From: Lama glama
Lineage: Eukaryota
Direction: 5' to 3'
DNA length: 64,000 nt
Assembly: GCA_028534125.1 (NCBI GenBank)
Contig: CM052816.1
Span: 100,628,001-100,692,000, forward strand
Below are positions 25,069 through 37,235 of the stretch, one piece after another (position 1 is the first letter of the stretch; every line of letters starts with the position of its first letter). The notes beneath the pieces are model-generated. The model saw only the letters and a list, made by a program, of their open reading frames with translations, did no database searches and was not told where the DNA came from. A program made the position numbers and the translations under genes.

Positions 25069-25166
25069 TTTCGTTGGTTGGTTTTGTTTTTACGGAGGGA
25101 CCAGAGATGGAACCCAGGACCTCATGCACACTAAGCGCGTGCTGTACCACCGAGATACACACCCCC
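25069..25166 (-). mobile_element. tRNA-Ala-derived SINE (camelid Vic-1-like)
   Basis: Reverse complement GGGGGTGTGTATCTCGGTGGTACAGCACGCGCTTAGTGTGCATGAGGTCCTGGGTTCCATCTCTGGTCCCTCCG plus A-rich tail (TAAAAACAAAACCAACCAAC) follows tRNA-Ala(AGC) GGGGGTGTAGCTCAGTGGTAGAGCGCGTGCTTAGCATGCACGAGG...GGTTCAATCCCC with decayed A and B boxes. Confidence 0.85.
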
Positions 25167-26789
25167 TCGCCTGGGAGTCCTCCCCCCCAACCGCCTGGGA
25201 CCCCAGGTGTGTCACCCCTCCTCCGTTCACCATGGGCGACGTCTGGGTTCTCAGCACATCGGAGCAAAACGCCCGCTCTGCTTCTAAGACTGGAAGGAAG
25301 GGCCAGGGCTCAAGGGCGTGGTTTCCCACTGATGCACAAATGCTTTTGCAAAATATAATAGCAAACAGAATTTTATAATCATGAAACCCCAAGACCACAT
25401 GTACTTTGTTATTAGATTCACTGAACAAAACGACTCTGTCCAGCTGTTAGGAAGTGCTCTCCTGGTGTCCAGGCGTCTCCCCGCCAGCGGAAAGGCTTTT
25501 CAGAAGATTTTGCTCCTCCCTCGATGCTGTGAATGTACATAAACAAGGTTGACTTCCTGTTTACTTTTTAGGAAAAAACAAGATCCTAGTGGGAAGAGAC
25601 AACAATCAGAAAGCGCCACCACCAGCCAGTGCCTCGTGGCTCAGCTCTGCCAGAGAGGCTCCTACTTCAGCGACGTCTCTATGAGACAGTATATGATGAT
25701 TCTGCAGTTTTACAGACACTGAAACTAAGGTGTCAAGGAAGAGAGCCAGCCTAGGCCACTTCTCCTCCAGGACGGCGTCCCGAGTCCCGGCTGCAGCACC
25801 CCCGGGAGGACAGGGGTCGTCGGGGCGTCTGCATCCTGTGATGCAGACTCTACCCATGCGCCAGCCCAGAGGCAAGTCGCGTCCCCTCTCTCCACCTGGC
25901 ACTGGAGAAAACAGGCCACGGTTTGCACAGGACTGAGAAAAAGTAAGTTCTCTTATGCTTTTTACATTTTTCAGCGTAGAAAAATAAGACACGCACACTT
26001 CCATTTTTTAATCGGCAGAGTAAACATGGATTAAACGCACACTGATGGCTTATGCTTTTCCTGTTCCAGTGAAAATCAGCTATCCTAGCACGAGAACCCG
26101 GAGAGAGCGCTTAAATTTAATTCCAGCTCTTTCAAAAGTGTAATTGTGTTTTAATTTTAAAATAATAAATTAAAATGTTACCAGGCATTGATACAACATC
26201 TTTCTTCAAGGGAATTTCAGGCATTTGTTGACGAGGAGAAACAGACTTTGTTAGCATCCTAGGATGAATTTTGGCGAGAACGCTGCGGGTAAATTATTTC
26301 ACGTAGTGTTCAGCATGAAGGTGCTGCCGGCACGTGGGCCATTTTAGAGCATCGTTTATGTCGCTCTCCTTCTAACGGGACTTTGCAAATATTCATGAAA
26401 CGCCCGTGTCAGGGCCGGGGCTTTTTATCTTTCTGTTCCCCCAGCCCTGCTACAGCCTAATTGAAATACAATAATTATAAATGGGCTGAGTTCCTCAATT
26501 TAATTTCCTTGCAAGCAGTGCTATTTGTTTTTCTTTGGCTTTGTTAACACACTTTAATTAAAAGATTTAGCAAAGCTAAGGAAACAAGATGCCACTGGGG
26601 GAGGAGCGCCCAGTTCCATCTCGACAGGACACTGTGTAACCAGGGCCAAGCTCAGGTCTGAGAGGGAGGGGGAAGCCTCCTCCACCGAAGGCAGAAGAGC
26701 CACAGCCTGGCGAGCTGAGGGGGAGGGGGCAAAGCCCTGATCAGTCCCAAAGGCTCATCCGGGACAGCCCCTGGGCCAGGGGCGCGGGC

Positions 26790-26885
26790 GTCACTCTGGC
26801 CGAATCCGCGCTGGACCTTGGGCAGACAGTTCACTCCTTTGACCTTTTGTTACCTCATCTTTTAAATGACGTCTACATCACGGGG
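26790..26885 (+). mobile_element. MIR SINE fragment
   Basis: gaccttgggcagacagttcactcctttgaccttttgttacctcatcttttaaatg matches the MIR core. Confidence 0.7.
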
Positions 26886-27749
26886 CAAGTGTAATCACCA
26901 TGTTATTCTGCCAAAGCCCTTGCTTTCTGGCCCAAGGTGGGTCCTTGAAACAAAGGGGTTTCCCAAATTCAGATAAGTAACTAACTTTAAAAATGTCAGT
27001 GGCAAACATAGCAGTATCATGGTAATAAAACATTCTGAGAAAACTTATTTCTACATCTCTTGAAGATGTTAATTGTCCCCTGACCCTAAGAAGAATTTTA
27101 AATGAAGTTATCAGATGTCTTGTCTGATCTCAAAATAATCTGCTGGGTGCGTGGCTAGATCTGCTCTGCAGAGGGTTTCAGATCAGTTTAGGGACATCCT
27201 AACCCCAGGGGATGAGAAGAGGAAGCAGCACAGAACACCGGGGAGAAAGTTAATCCGAGTCCGCTCTGCGACTAACCCGGCGCGTGAAACTGCAGTCGCT
27301 TCCCTCCCACGGCCGCAACCTCCCCCCGTCACAGAGGCAGGCGGGACTGGCGCGTCTGGAACACGCCCTTCCAGGACAGAGAAGCAGCGGTGGCCTTCCT
27401 GGTGCAGGGGCCCAGGGCAAGGTCCCCTGGGGTTCAACCTCCCGCCCCTCCAGGGTCCGTTTGATCAGGGGGGCCTGGTTATCACTCCAAACATGAGCCC
27501 AAAACCTGCTGAGAAGAGAAGAACACTTGATGGGGCTGAGTCCTGAATATGCACCAGCTGCTCGATTATCCACAGATGCTCTCAAGACTCAGAACAATGG
27601 GAAATAAAAGTAAGTGTAAGTCATGATCTTTGCCATCAAAGCACCATTTCCCTAGTTCAGAAAAAGCCATAACAAAGTAAGTGTCAGCGAACATGCCTGC
27701 AAATGGAGTTCAGGCACGTCACGTGTCACATGTTAGCACTGGCTGCACC

Positions 27750-27935
27750 TGGGGTCAGAATCTCGAACTTGACCTTGGCCCTGGCAGGCCTGGGCTGGCC
27801 CTCGGCTGACCTCTGGCTGGGCCTTTAACAGCTCTGAGTCTCAGCTGCATCCCCTTAAAGTGGGGCTAATGATGATGGTTCTACTATTTTGGGGATGAGA
27901 CAAAACAATGTGCATACACATGTTGTGCTAACTAT
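27750..27935 (+). mobile_element. MIR SINE
   Basis: tttaacagctctgagtctcagctgcatccccttaaagtggggctaatgatgatggttctac resembles TTAACCTCTCTGTGCCTCAGTTTCCTCATCTGTAAAATGGGGATAATAATAGTACCTAC. Confidence 0.7.
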
Positions 27936-29001
27936 GATGCTACGTGGATGTCAGTCTTCTTGGTTAGTATTTTGTTTCAAACTGTAAATCATTGTTATGG
28001 TTGAAGAGCACTTCTTGGGGGAGGCTAAGCTGGACCTGGGTTCTGAAGGATGACCCAAGTCAGGTAAGAAGAGGGGACTGCAGGGTGGAATTCTCTGGGG
28101 CCTCTGGGGCATGTGCACATGCCTGTCCAGAGTGGACCTGGTGTGCTGGAAGATGCGTAGTGACGGGTGTGACAGCAAACTAAAGAGTCGGGGCCTCGGG
28201 GCCTCCCCACACTCTGTGAACACATTCATTTAAATACAGTCCTCCCACTGCTTTCGGGACCACTCACAATTCACGCTACCTTCAGGGTAAAAAAGATCAC
28301 AGTCTAAGAAAAAAGGTCATTCAGTGATGATTACAGAGATAAAAACTATCAGTTAAGGGTCTTTATACATGATGACAATGCTAAGGACCTGGTGTCGTCC
28401 GCACAGTGTTTGGGCAGGGGCTCTGGCTGTCCCAGCGTTGCCAAGTGATGTGACCTTCACCACTTTCAGGGGCGCAGGTAAGTGTCACACAATCTCCGCT
28501 CTCCCTTCTAGATCAGGAGTCAGAGAAGACACTGTTGCTACAGGACTTGTGACAGCAAAGACTGGAAAAGTGAGCACTTCTCTTATTCAACAAAGTGGGC
28601 AAAGCGTTTGGTACCGAAAGGGGAGACAAGCATGTGTGAAAACATTGCCATCCTAGTTAGAACCTGGATTTAGTACAAAATGATTTCCTGAAACACGTAT
28701 CGGCTTAGAGATTTGTATTTCCTAAGTCACCAAACCTAAACAGCACTTGGGAAAATAACAACTAACTTATTGCATTTTTCAAAAGCAGTTGAAAGTCCCT
28801 GGGACCTTTTGGATGACTTGCCGTGTACGTCTGTATTGGACAGACACTGTGTCATTTCTCCATTTCGATGCTGCCTGATAACGTGCCCCACAGGTTTGCC
28901 TGTGGACATTGCCTTGCATTCTTTTTTCCCCATTGACTCATAAAGGGAAACAAAATAAAGCCAAGCAAAACTCCAGTCTGAGGGGGGAAAATGAACTCTG
29001 G

Positions 29002-29250
29002 TTTCATTTATTGAGCAAATGTTTATTGAGGGCCGACTCTGTGTGAGGCAGTCGTGAGAGCTGTTTGAGGTGCTGAGCTCAGGAGGGGCGGATGGGAGAG
29101 GCCAAGGCTGGGGGACACCCAGAGCTCAGGAGCTGAGAGCTGGCAAGGTTGGTCAGCGCAGCACTGGAGAGGGAGCGCACGCTGAGCCGTCAGCGTTAGG
29201 AGGGAGGAAGCAGAAGGCTCCCACTGCGGAAGAGAGGCACACCGACGTCT
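29002..29250 (-). mobile_element. L2 LINE 3' end
   Basis: ttcattttattgagcaaatgtttattgagggccgactctgtgtgaggcagt is the antisense L2 tail. Confidence 0.75.
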
Positions 29251-29689
29251 AGGCTGTTTGATTAAGAAATCCCAAAAAGGATAGGACTATTGATAGAATG
29301 AAATAATTGGTTAGTTTTTATACATGTGTTATTAAATACCTTAAATGTGTCAATTTACTCAAGGACCATTTTCAGAAAATTCTTAATGTGCTAAATGATA
29401 AATAAAAAATAAAACAAAGTAAAAGTATTATTTCTCAATTTGTCTAGTGGGCCAAAGTAATTAAATAGCAATATGATAGCTTCTATAAAAGTAGTGCTTA
29501 ACAAAACTCTACCACTGAAAAAAAATGATACAAGAAATATGGCAAAAATCTAGTCCTTTAAAATAGAATAGCAACATTATATTACTAAGAGCTAGATTAC
29601 TAAGATGTACAGGTATTTGTCAATATATCTGTATTGCTATGCCTGCGTATATGTACCTCTATCTATCTATTCATCTACATTCAGATAGT

Positions 29690-31070
29690 CCAGAAGGAAG
29701 CAAGAAAGGGAAAACAGAAGAACAAAAAACCAGAAGAAACAAACAAAAATAATAAAATGGTAGATGTACATGCAACAACTTCCAAAACTACATTAAATGT
29801 AAATGGTCTAAAAGGCAGAGATTATTAAATCGAGCTTAATTTTAAAAAGACAACTATACACTGTTCCAAGAAATAACTCATGGATCAAAGATAATAAAAA
29901 GAGATTGAAAAAATATTTTCAATTGAATGAAATAAAAAATTCATGTGTGATGCAGCTAACCACTTACTTAAAAAGAAATTTATAGTGTGAAAATGGCTAT
30001 ATTAGAAAAGAATAAAGCTTTCAATCTGATGACCTAAGCTACTGTCATAAGGAACCAGAAAGAGAAGAGTAAATTAAAACCAAAACAAGCAGAAGGAAAA
30101 AAATAACAAGATGGCCAGAGAGCAATGGAACTGAAAACAGAAAAATAACTGAAGGAAAATGGTTCTACAAAAGACCAATGAGATCAATAAACCTCTGGTC
30201 AGACTGACCAAGAGAAGAAAGAAAATATAAATTATAGTATAGACATGAAAGCTGAAATTACTTCAGATGCTACCAAACTTAAAAGTATAATAAATAAATG
30301 TGCTGATATGCTTATAAATTTAGACAATTTAGATAAGTGAAATAAATTTCTTGAAACACACTTACTATAAAAACTTACTCAGAAAGAAACAGATATTTTG
30401 AATAACCATATTCTGTTAAAAAAAATTGATCTTCTAGTTAAAAAGTTTTCCACAAATGGAACTCCACTTCCATATTATACCAAACATTTGAGGAAGAAGA
30501 TTGACTTGGAGTACACAAGCTCTTAAAGGAAATTGAAGAGGGAATCACTTCCGAGGTCATTATATGTGACCAGCATTACTATGATTAAAAACAACAACAG
30601 AGAAAGACATTGTAAGAAATCTGTAGCTCAGTATTGTTCATGAGCATAGATGCAAAAATCAACAAATTTTCAGCAAATCCAATCCAACAACTTATATGAA
30701 AAGAATAATAAAACATGACCCTGAGAGATTTATCTCAGGAATGCAAGGCTGGGTTAACATTCAAAAGCAATTCACGTAATCCACCCTATTAGCAGATTTA
30801 AAATAAAGATAAATAACATCTTCAGTAAATGCAGAAAGAAATTGCTTCACAAAATTTAATGTCTGTTCATGTTAAAAATTCTTAGGAAATTTCTTAATGT
30901 TATAAATGTTTTACCCTGTAGGATCCCTTACTAATGGCATCTGTAAGAAGTCTACAGTTAATGTCCTATTTAACAGGGTGAGACCGACAGCTTTCTCCTC
31001 AAGACTGGGAACCAGGCGAGAAGGTCGGCATTCTTTCCTCCTCCTCAGCGTTGGGCTGGAGCGCCTGGTA
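29690..31070 (+). mobile_element. Old L1 (L1M) ORF2 remnant: endonuclease start, internal deletion, reverse-transcriptase region; multiply disrupted
   Basis: The ORF at 29634-29828 encodes KMVD...TTLNVNGLK (L1 EN N-terminal TLNVNGL motif). RT-region signatures: ccaaacatttgaggaagaa, catgagcatagatgcaaaaatc, atctcaggaatgcaaggctgggttaacattc, ctttctcctcaagactgggaacc. Confidence 0.9.
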
Positions 31071-32064
31071 AGCTCAACAGGGTGAGGAGGAGAAGCAGAA
31101 CCTTATAAACCGGAGCTGAAGACATGCACTCACTTTGTTCCCCAACTGCAAGAAAACCTTCTGGGGGTCACAGGGACGGACAGAGGCTCTCCAGAGCAAC
31201 TGAGCTGACATTTTAAGAGTAGGTTGGAGTTTTTCATCAAAAACAGAAGACCTCCGGCTGTTGTCGGGTCCCGGGTGATCGCTAAGGGCGGAGCCCCTAG
31301 CGCCCGCGCACGGGGGAGGGGGGGAGGCAGCACGCTTGGGGGGCTGCGCCCACGCTAGCATTGCCAGGCTCTGCAGCGGACTGCACAGGCTCAAGGCCGC
31401 GGGCAGGCGTGGGGGAGGGCGGCATGGTGCGCTGGGCCGCGGGTCCTCGTTTTCCTGACCTCCGTGATACATCCTTGGTGGTATTTTTTTATTTGATGTT
31501 GTTCCTTATTTTGAAAAAGCAAGAATTTTCACACAGAATGGCAGGACTCAGTAGCCTTGGAGGGAGGCTTGGGGGCCTGAGGCTGACTGCAGAGGAGAGC
31601 CGCAGCCTGTTGGAGTCACTGCTGGGTTTGGAGCGCCTTCAGTGCGCTGGCGATCGTGACATTACCTTCCTTTATCACTGTAACCAGTCTCCAGACTTGT
31701 AACGTGTTAACTTTTTTTAACAGAAACATCCATAGTTAAAATGAGTGAATGTGCCGTAGTCTTTCAGATGCAACGCCGCTGGTTTAAAGGGCACTGGCTG
31801 ATGTGCAGGCTTGACGGGCAGACAAAGGTCTACAGGGTAACTTTGTAGAGGCCGCTGCTTCCATCTGATCATCTAGAAGGTGGAGGGACGTCACGGTCTT
31901 GCCCTGAACGGAGAGCTGGCGTTTCCACCCTAGCTCGCAAACACAGAAACATTTTCTGCCCTTTAGTGAGTAATAACCAACGGGGCCCTCGCTCTGGGCC
32001 AGGCAATTTTCCGACCATGTTATGTATGTCACCTCCTGCCACTTTAACAGCTTCTGTGCCATCT

Positions 32065-32180
32065 TTCTCACTTTGCAGATGAAGAAATGAGGTCCAGAAA
32101 GTTCCAGTAACTTCCAGGAGACAGAAGTACCCAGCAGAGGTGGGCTTGGAACACGGGCTCTGCGTCCTGAGCCTGAGTCC
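32065..32180 (-). mobile_element. MIR SINE fragment
   Basis: cactttgcagatgaagaaatgaggtccagaaagttccagtaactt resembles cattttacagatgaggaaactgaggcacagagaggttaagtaactt. Confidence 0.75.
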
Positions 32181-32707
32181 TCACCTCTGCAGGATTATTT
32201 TGATGCGATATTCTTCGAGAACATACTACAGACCAAGTGAATCAAGCCAAGGTAACTCCTCAATCTGGTTGTCACTGAACACAGTTGTCAGATTTCATTT
32301 TCTTGAAATTATTTTCATGGGGATAAATTGTTTTCCAGGTAAAAATAAAAAGGTGAAAAAAAGTTTGCTCCTGTGGTCATGGGTTTTAACAAGTTCAGTT
32401 TTTCTCAGAGTCAAGTTTGTTGTAAAAAATCATCAGAAAGGCCATGTTTTAGTCAATAATGGATTTTAAGATGTACTTTCTTGCTCTTTGTCAGTCTGTT
32501 CTTTTTTATTGCTTTTTCATGTCTGTAATTTTAACATGATTTACCTGATTTCTTCTTTAATCCACTTGAAAACTGGGAGCAGTTGCTCTCATATAGCTCA
32601 GAGTTTCTTTCAGCTGCCAAAGGACAGCCTTTTACTAGCAGGTTCAAAACGAAGGGTGTAAACATGGGGTCAGGATTACCATAGCAACACGAGGCTAACG
32701 CACAAAA

Positions 32708-33732
32708 GTCAAAGGGTGGTCCTGGGACACTAGTCATCCACGCAGAGAAGGCGAACCCAGACGCAGACCACACACCTTTCACAGAAACTTACTCAAAACA
32801 GAGCGCAGGCCTACGTGCAAACTGTGAAAGCGGGAAGCTCCCAGAAGACAGCACAGGGGAAGCCCTGGGCTTGGTGATGGCTTTCCAGATACAACATCAA
32901 AGTCGCCGTCCATGAAAGACATGATGGCTAAGCAGATGCCATTAAAATGAAAAACCTGCTCTGTGACAGTCAATGTCCAAAACGAGAGGACAAGCCACGG
33001 AGTGGGAGAAGACATCTGCAAAAGACGCACGCAGTGAAGGACTATTACCCGAACCATATGAAGATTTCCTAAAAGTCAACAATAAAAAAAACTCCATTTA
33101 AAAAAATGAGCCAAAGACCTTAACAGACACCTCACCAGACGAGAGACGCGGACGGCAGGTAAGCAAGAGGACCTCCCACAGCTTTGCCATCCGGGAAACG
33201 CAGATAAAGCAGCAGCGAGGCGCCATCGCACACCGATGAGCGCCGACGGAGCCCAGCGCGCTGGCGCCGTGAGACGCCGGCAGGGGCGCGGGGCAGCGGG
33301 AGCTCGCGGGACGGCGCGGCCCCTTTGGGAGACAGCGTGGCGGTTTCTCACAAAAGTGACGTCCTCTGACCTGCGCTCCAGCGGCTCGGCTCTGGGTATC
33401 TCCCCAAGGAGCTGAAAACGCATGTCCACAGAGCTTCCGCCCACGACGCTGATAGCAGCTTTATTCAGAATTGCCAGAATTAAAGTAGCCAAGGAGCCCT
33501 TCAGGAGGTGACAGGATAAATGAACTGCGGTCCGTCGGACAGAGGGAAGTTACTGGCACTGGGCAGGGATGAGATGTCAGGCCGCGCAAGGACATGAAGG
33601 AAACCTAACTGCACGGTGCCGAGTGTAGGAAGCCGATCTGCAAAGGCTGCGTGCTGAACGACTCCAGCTGTGAGACACCCTGGAAAAGGCTGAAGTGTGG
33701 AGACAGTGAAAAGCCAGCAGTTGCCGGGGGGT
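32708..33732 (+). mobile_element. L1MC1/2-like ORF2 3' end and 3' UTR, strongly GC-shifted
   Basis: gccaaagaccttaacagacacctcacca, gatagcagctttattcagaattgcca, ggaagccgatctgcaaaggct and ctggaaaaggctgaagtgtggagacagtgaaaag...cagttgcc are collinear with the L1MC1-type 3' end. Confidence 0.85.
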
Positions 33733-35059
33733 TCTGAGGGCTGTGTTGTGTTGTGTTGTGTTTTCCACACTTGCCAGTGAACGGCACGAGCTCCACCCGG
33801 GCTCAGCGAAGGTTCACGTGGCCCGAGCCAAGGCCCTCCTCGTCCTGCCCCGGGAGACGGGAGGCAGGGAGCTGGTGTCGGGGGCAACAGGACAGGGAGG
33901 CAGGGCCAGTGTGGGCAGGTGACCCTCACGAACATGGGCATCTTCCCAACAGCCTTCAGGAGGGTCAGTTCAGACCCTGAGAGCCAAGGAGCTCGGGGTG
34001 GACAGAAGGCGTTGCTTTCGTGCAGCAGACAGCCTGTGCCCGCCTTGTGCTCATCAACACCACAGCGAGTGTAGACGCCAGGCCTGCAGAAATAGATACA
34101 CTAAGCAAATAAAGCCATTCTTCCTGAAGTCTGCCTGTCCATCTCCAAATCCTGCACGGTTAGTGAAAATGCCAGATAAATGAAGGCTCCCCAGCCTGCG
34201 TTCCTCAAGTGAGACCTTTTGGGGCTGCTCGTAGCCTCGTGGTCCAACTCTCCCCTCATTCCCTCTGCGGATCTGGGTCAATCACACTGAAAGAGAAGGA
34301 GAGTGAGGCGGAGAGAGGTGAAGGGAATGACCTGTCACCCTTCCTGAGGGTCTTGCGAAGAGGCTCAGTGGCATCCGGTCTTCGAGAACTCAAGTTCCTC
34401 CCAGGACAGGGTGGAGATGAGCTCCGGAGGAGGGAGGGTCTCCCCTGGGGAGCAGGTGGCAGCCGGCCCTCTTCACCTGCCTGCGGGGCCCTGCCCCTCA
34501 CACACACGCGATGCTGAGATCACAAAGGCTGCGACCACAGATGGCTCAGCACGTGAAGTGAGAAGGTGGGCTCACCCACGTCCGACCAGCAGCAGGAGGT
34601 GCCGAAGGGGCAGCCCTGCCTGGGTCTTGACAGAGACTCTCCCGCAGCCACCCCAGGACAGCCTCTCCCTGGGGAAGGGGTACTGAGACCTACAGAAGGG
34701 AACCTCCTGCAGCACACAGCACCCACAGCCCTTCACAGACCCATGGCAGCTGAGTCCTCGGCATTAGCAAAGTGCTTGCCGGGTCCCCGTGTGGAATCCT
34801 GGCAGCCGCCTGGTCGGTGAGAATCCAGAGAAGGTTTAGAGCAGGACGAAGTCAAGAACTAAACGGCAGGAAATCCGAGTTATTTAAACTCTGGTGTCAG
34901 AGCAACAGCAACCAAAGGCGGGCTGGGCTGATACACGACACGGATGGCTTTGAACGTTAAGGTTCCATGACCTCATCGGTGGCCTGCACATGGTGTGGTG
35001 TAGCTCATAAGTGAGGAGTGGGTGGGGACGCCCAGACACAACTGCCTTCTGGGTTCTCA

Positions 35060-35370
35060 TACACAGATTGTGACAGCCCAGATGTGGAAGCACCTAAACG
35101 TCCATCGACAGATGGCTGGATAGAGAAGGTGTTGTGCACATACACAATGGAATACTACTCAGCCGTAGAAAAGGTAATGCCATGTGCAGCAACGTGGATG
35201 GACCTGGAGATGATCACACTAAGTGGTTCAGTAAATCAGACAGAGTCAAACATCACACTCACTTTTATGTAGAATGAAAACAAAACAAAACAAAAAGACA
35301 AACTTATGGGTAGACATAAAAAAATGACACAAATGAACTTTTTTCACAAAACAGAAAAGACCCATGGACT
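35060..35370 (+). mobile_element. Cetartiodactyl-type L1 fragment (ORF2 C-terminus/3' UTR start)
   Basis: The ORF at 35018-35272 gives PSTDGWIEKVLCTYTMEYYSAVEKVMPCAATWMDLEMITLS (L1 ORF2 C-terminus), followed by aaaaatgacacaaatgaactt...caaaacagaaaagac. Confidence 0.9.
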
Positions 35371-37235
35371 TCTGGATTGCAGCCCTCAGTGTGTGTTATC
35401 AAACCCCGGATGGCACAGCTCACCAGCATGTTCCCAGGAGGTGACATTTGTGAGGGGATGACATGAGGGAGAAAGTGTGCAGTGCAAGGTCCCTGCATCA
35501 CACCTGAGAATGGTGACCTTGTCCCCAAGGACCAAAGTTGCAAGAAATACATGTACTGACACTATTTTAAAATTACTTTTGGACAAATTTTAAAAATGAG
35601 TAAAAAAAAAAAACCCAGATGCAAACAAGCACTCTTCCTGATTTCGACGTGTGTGCGTGTGTGCGTGTGTGTGTGTCCCCCGTTGATCCCCTGTAAGATG
35701 CGCTTCCAGCTGCCCCACACTCTAGGGCTCGCCTGGGGTCTGGAACCTGACAGAGCTGTAAGTTGCGAGCTGTTTCTGTAGGTTCACTGACTGAAGTAAA
35801 GCAGCCAAACTCAGAGAACAACCTCTGATCGCGGGTCTGGTCCCCGCGCTGCCCGCGGGAGGCATCATTCCGTCTTCTACGAAACAGTGAGCGGTATTCT
35901 CTCAGTGTCTACGTGGCTTTCTATTTAAATCCGGAGCTGAAGATGGGCTTCGGCTGTAAAAGCCATAGAAGGAACTAGGAAAGGCGTGGTCTAATGTGTC
36001 ATGCTCTGCAGAAAGCACAAATATTTTCCCATGTTTAGAAGAGGATTGAGGAGACGCTAGAAATTAATGGCAGATGTCATTACAACACATTTAGCTTGCT
36101 TTGTAAGTGATTTTTCAAATTAATGTCTCAAAAAAAAAAACTGGAAAGGAATAGGCACCTCAAACAGGCCTGGGAGGCAGAGCTGGGACCCAGGTCCTAA
36201 TCTCTATAATGTGAGTGTGTAATGGAGACGCCACCCAGACCTGCATCCCCAGCCAAAACTATCCCCGGGCAATTGGCTAAGACGTTTGGGAGCACTAAGA
36301 ACGTCTCCTTGCCAGCTGGGGGTGGAGTGAGGATGCGATTTTGAAGGGCCCGTCGTCAGTGAGAAGGGTGGAGCCCTGGGGATACAAGACCCCAGGGCAG
36401 CGCCCACCTGCTAGGAAAGGCAGGCGGACAGCCAGGGCCCCGAGCACGGAGGGCTGCCCCGCCTGGTGCGTTCACGTCCGAAACAGCCCTGCTTCCCGCC
36501 CGACACCCTGCACCAACCCTGCCGGGGAGACCTGGAGAATGCAGCCTCTTCCACGAAGAGCCCTCTTCTTAATCCTCCGGTTCCTGCAGTCACCGGTGAT
36601 TACTGAAGATCCTCAAACACTCCTTGAAGAACCAGCCCCAGGGCCAGACCAAGAAGGTCAAGTGTGTTTCCAGAAAGGAAAATGCATTTATTTTAAGTGC
36701 ACATCCTTTAGTCTGAGGTTATGCATTCATCTGCAGTTTTGCTAGTAAAATACTAGTTTGTTATCATCAGAGAGCAAGAAAATTACAAATCTATTTTGAA
36801 CTTCATAAAAGTTTACAATATATATGTCCAGGAAATCTCAAAGTATATGAACTATTATTATGGAAAAACAGAAGATTGTAACTAGTCTATTCATGGTGAA
36901 ATTATCGAGCCCGCACGGTTGCTGGAAGAAGAGCCCCTGAAGGTGAAGGTGTTCAGCTCTGGTCCTTGGGACCTCACGGAACGGAGCAGGACCCTCTCGT
37001 CACTGGGGACCACCTGAGATCTGCAGTGGTGTTTGTAACTGCCGAACTGTATGATGGTTTGAACAGTTTTTCTCGTGCTCTTGCTGAGCAGGGCTGGCCT
37101 GGAGGGGAGGGAGGCTTGGGTGGTCTGCCAAGCCCCTCGTGGTGCTGCATGCAGGAGCCACCCTGCTCTTGCCCCCAGCGCTCTGCTCCTGACCCCAGTG
37201 CCCCCCTCTTAACTCCTCATGGTTTCCTTGTATCC

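Noticed and set aside
25093..25166. Possible tRNA-Ala gene
   Set aside because: A and B boxes and anticodon arm are degenerate and it is followed by an A-rich tail, so it is a SINE.
28369..28485. Strong splice donor CAG|GTAAGT near 28478 with an upstream ORF
   Set aside because: No convincing acceptor or recognisable peptide; such sites occur by chance in 64 kb.
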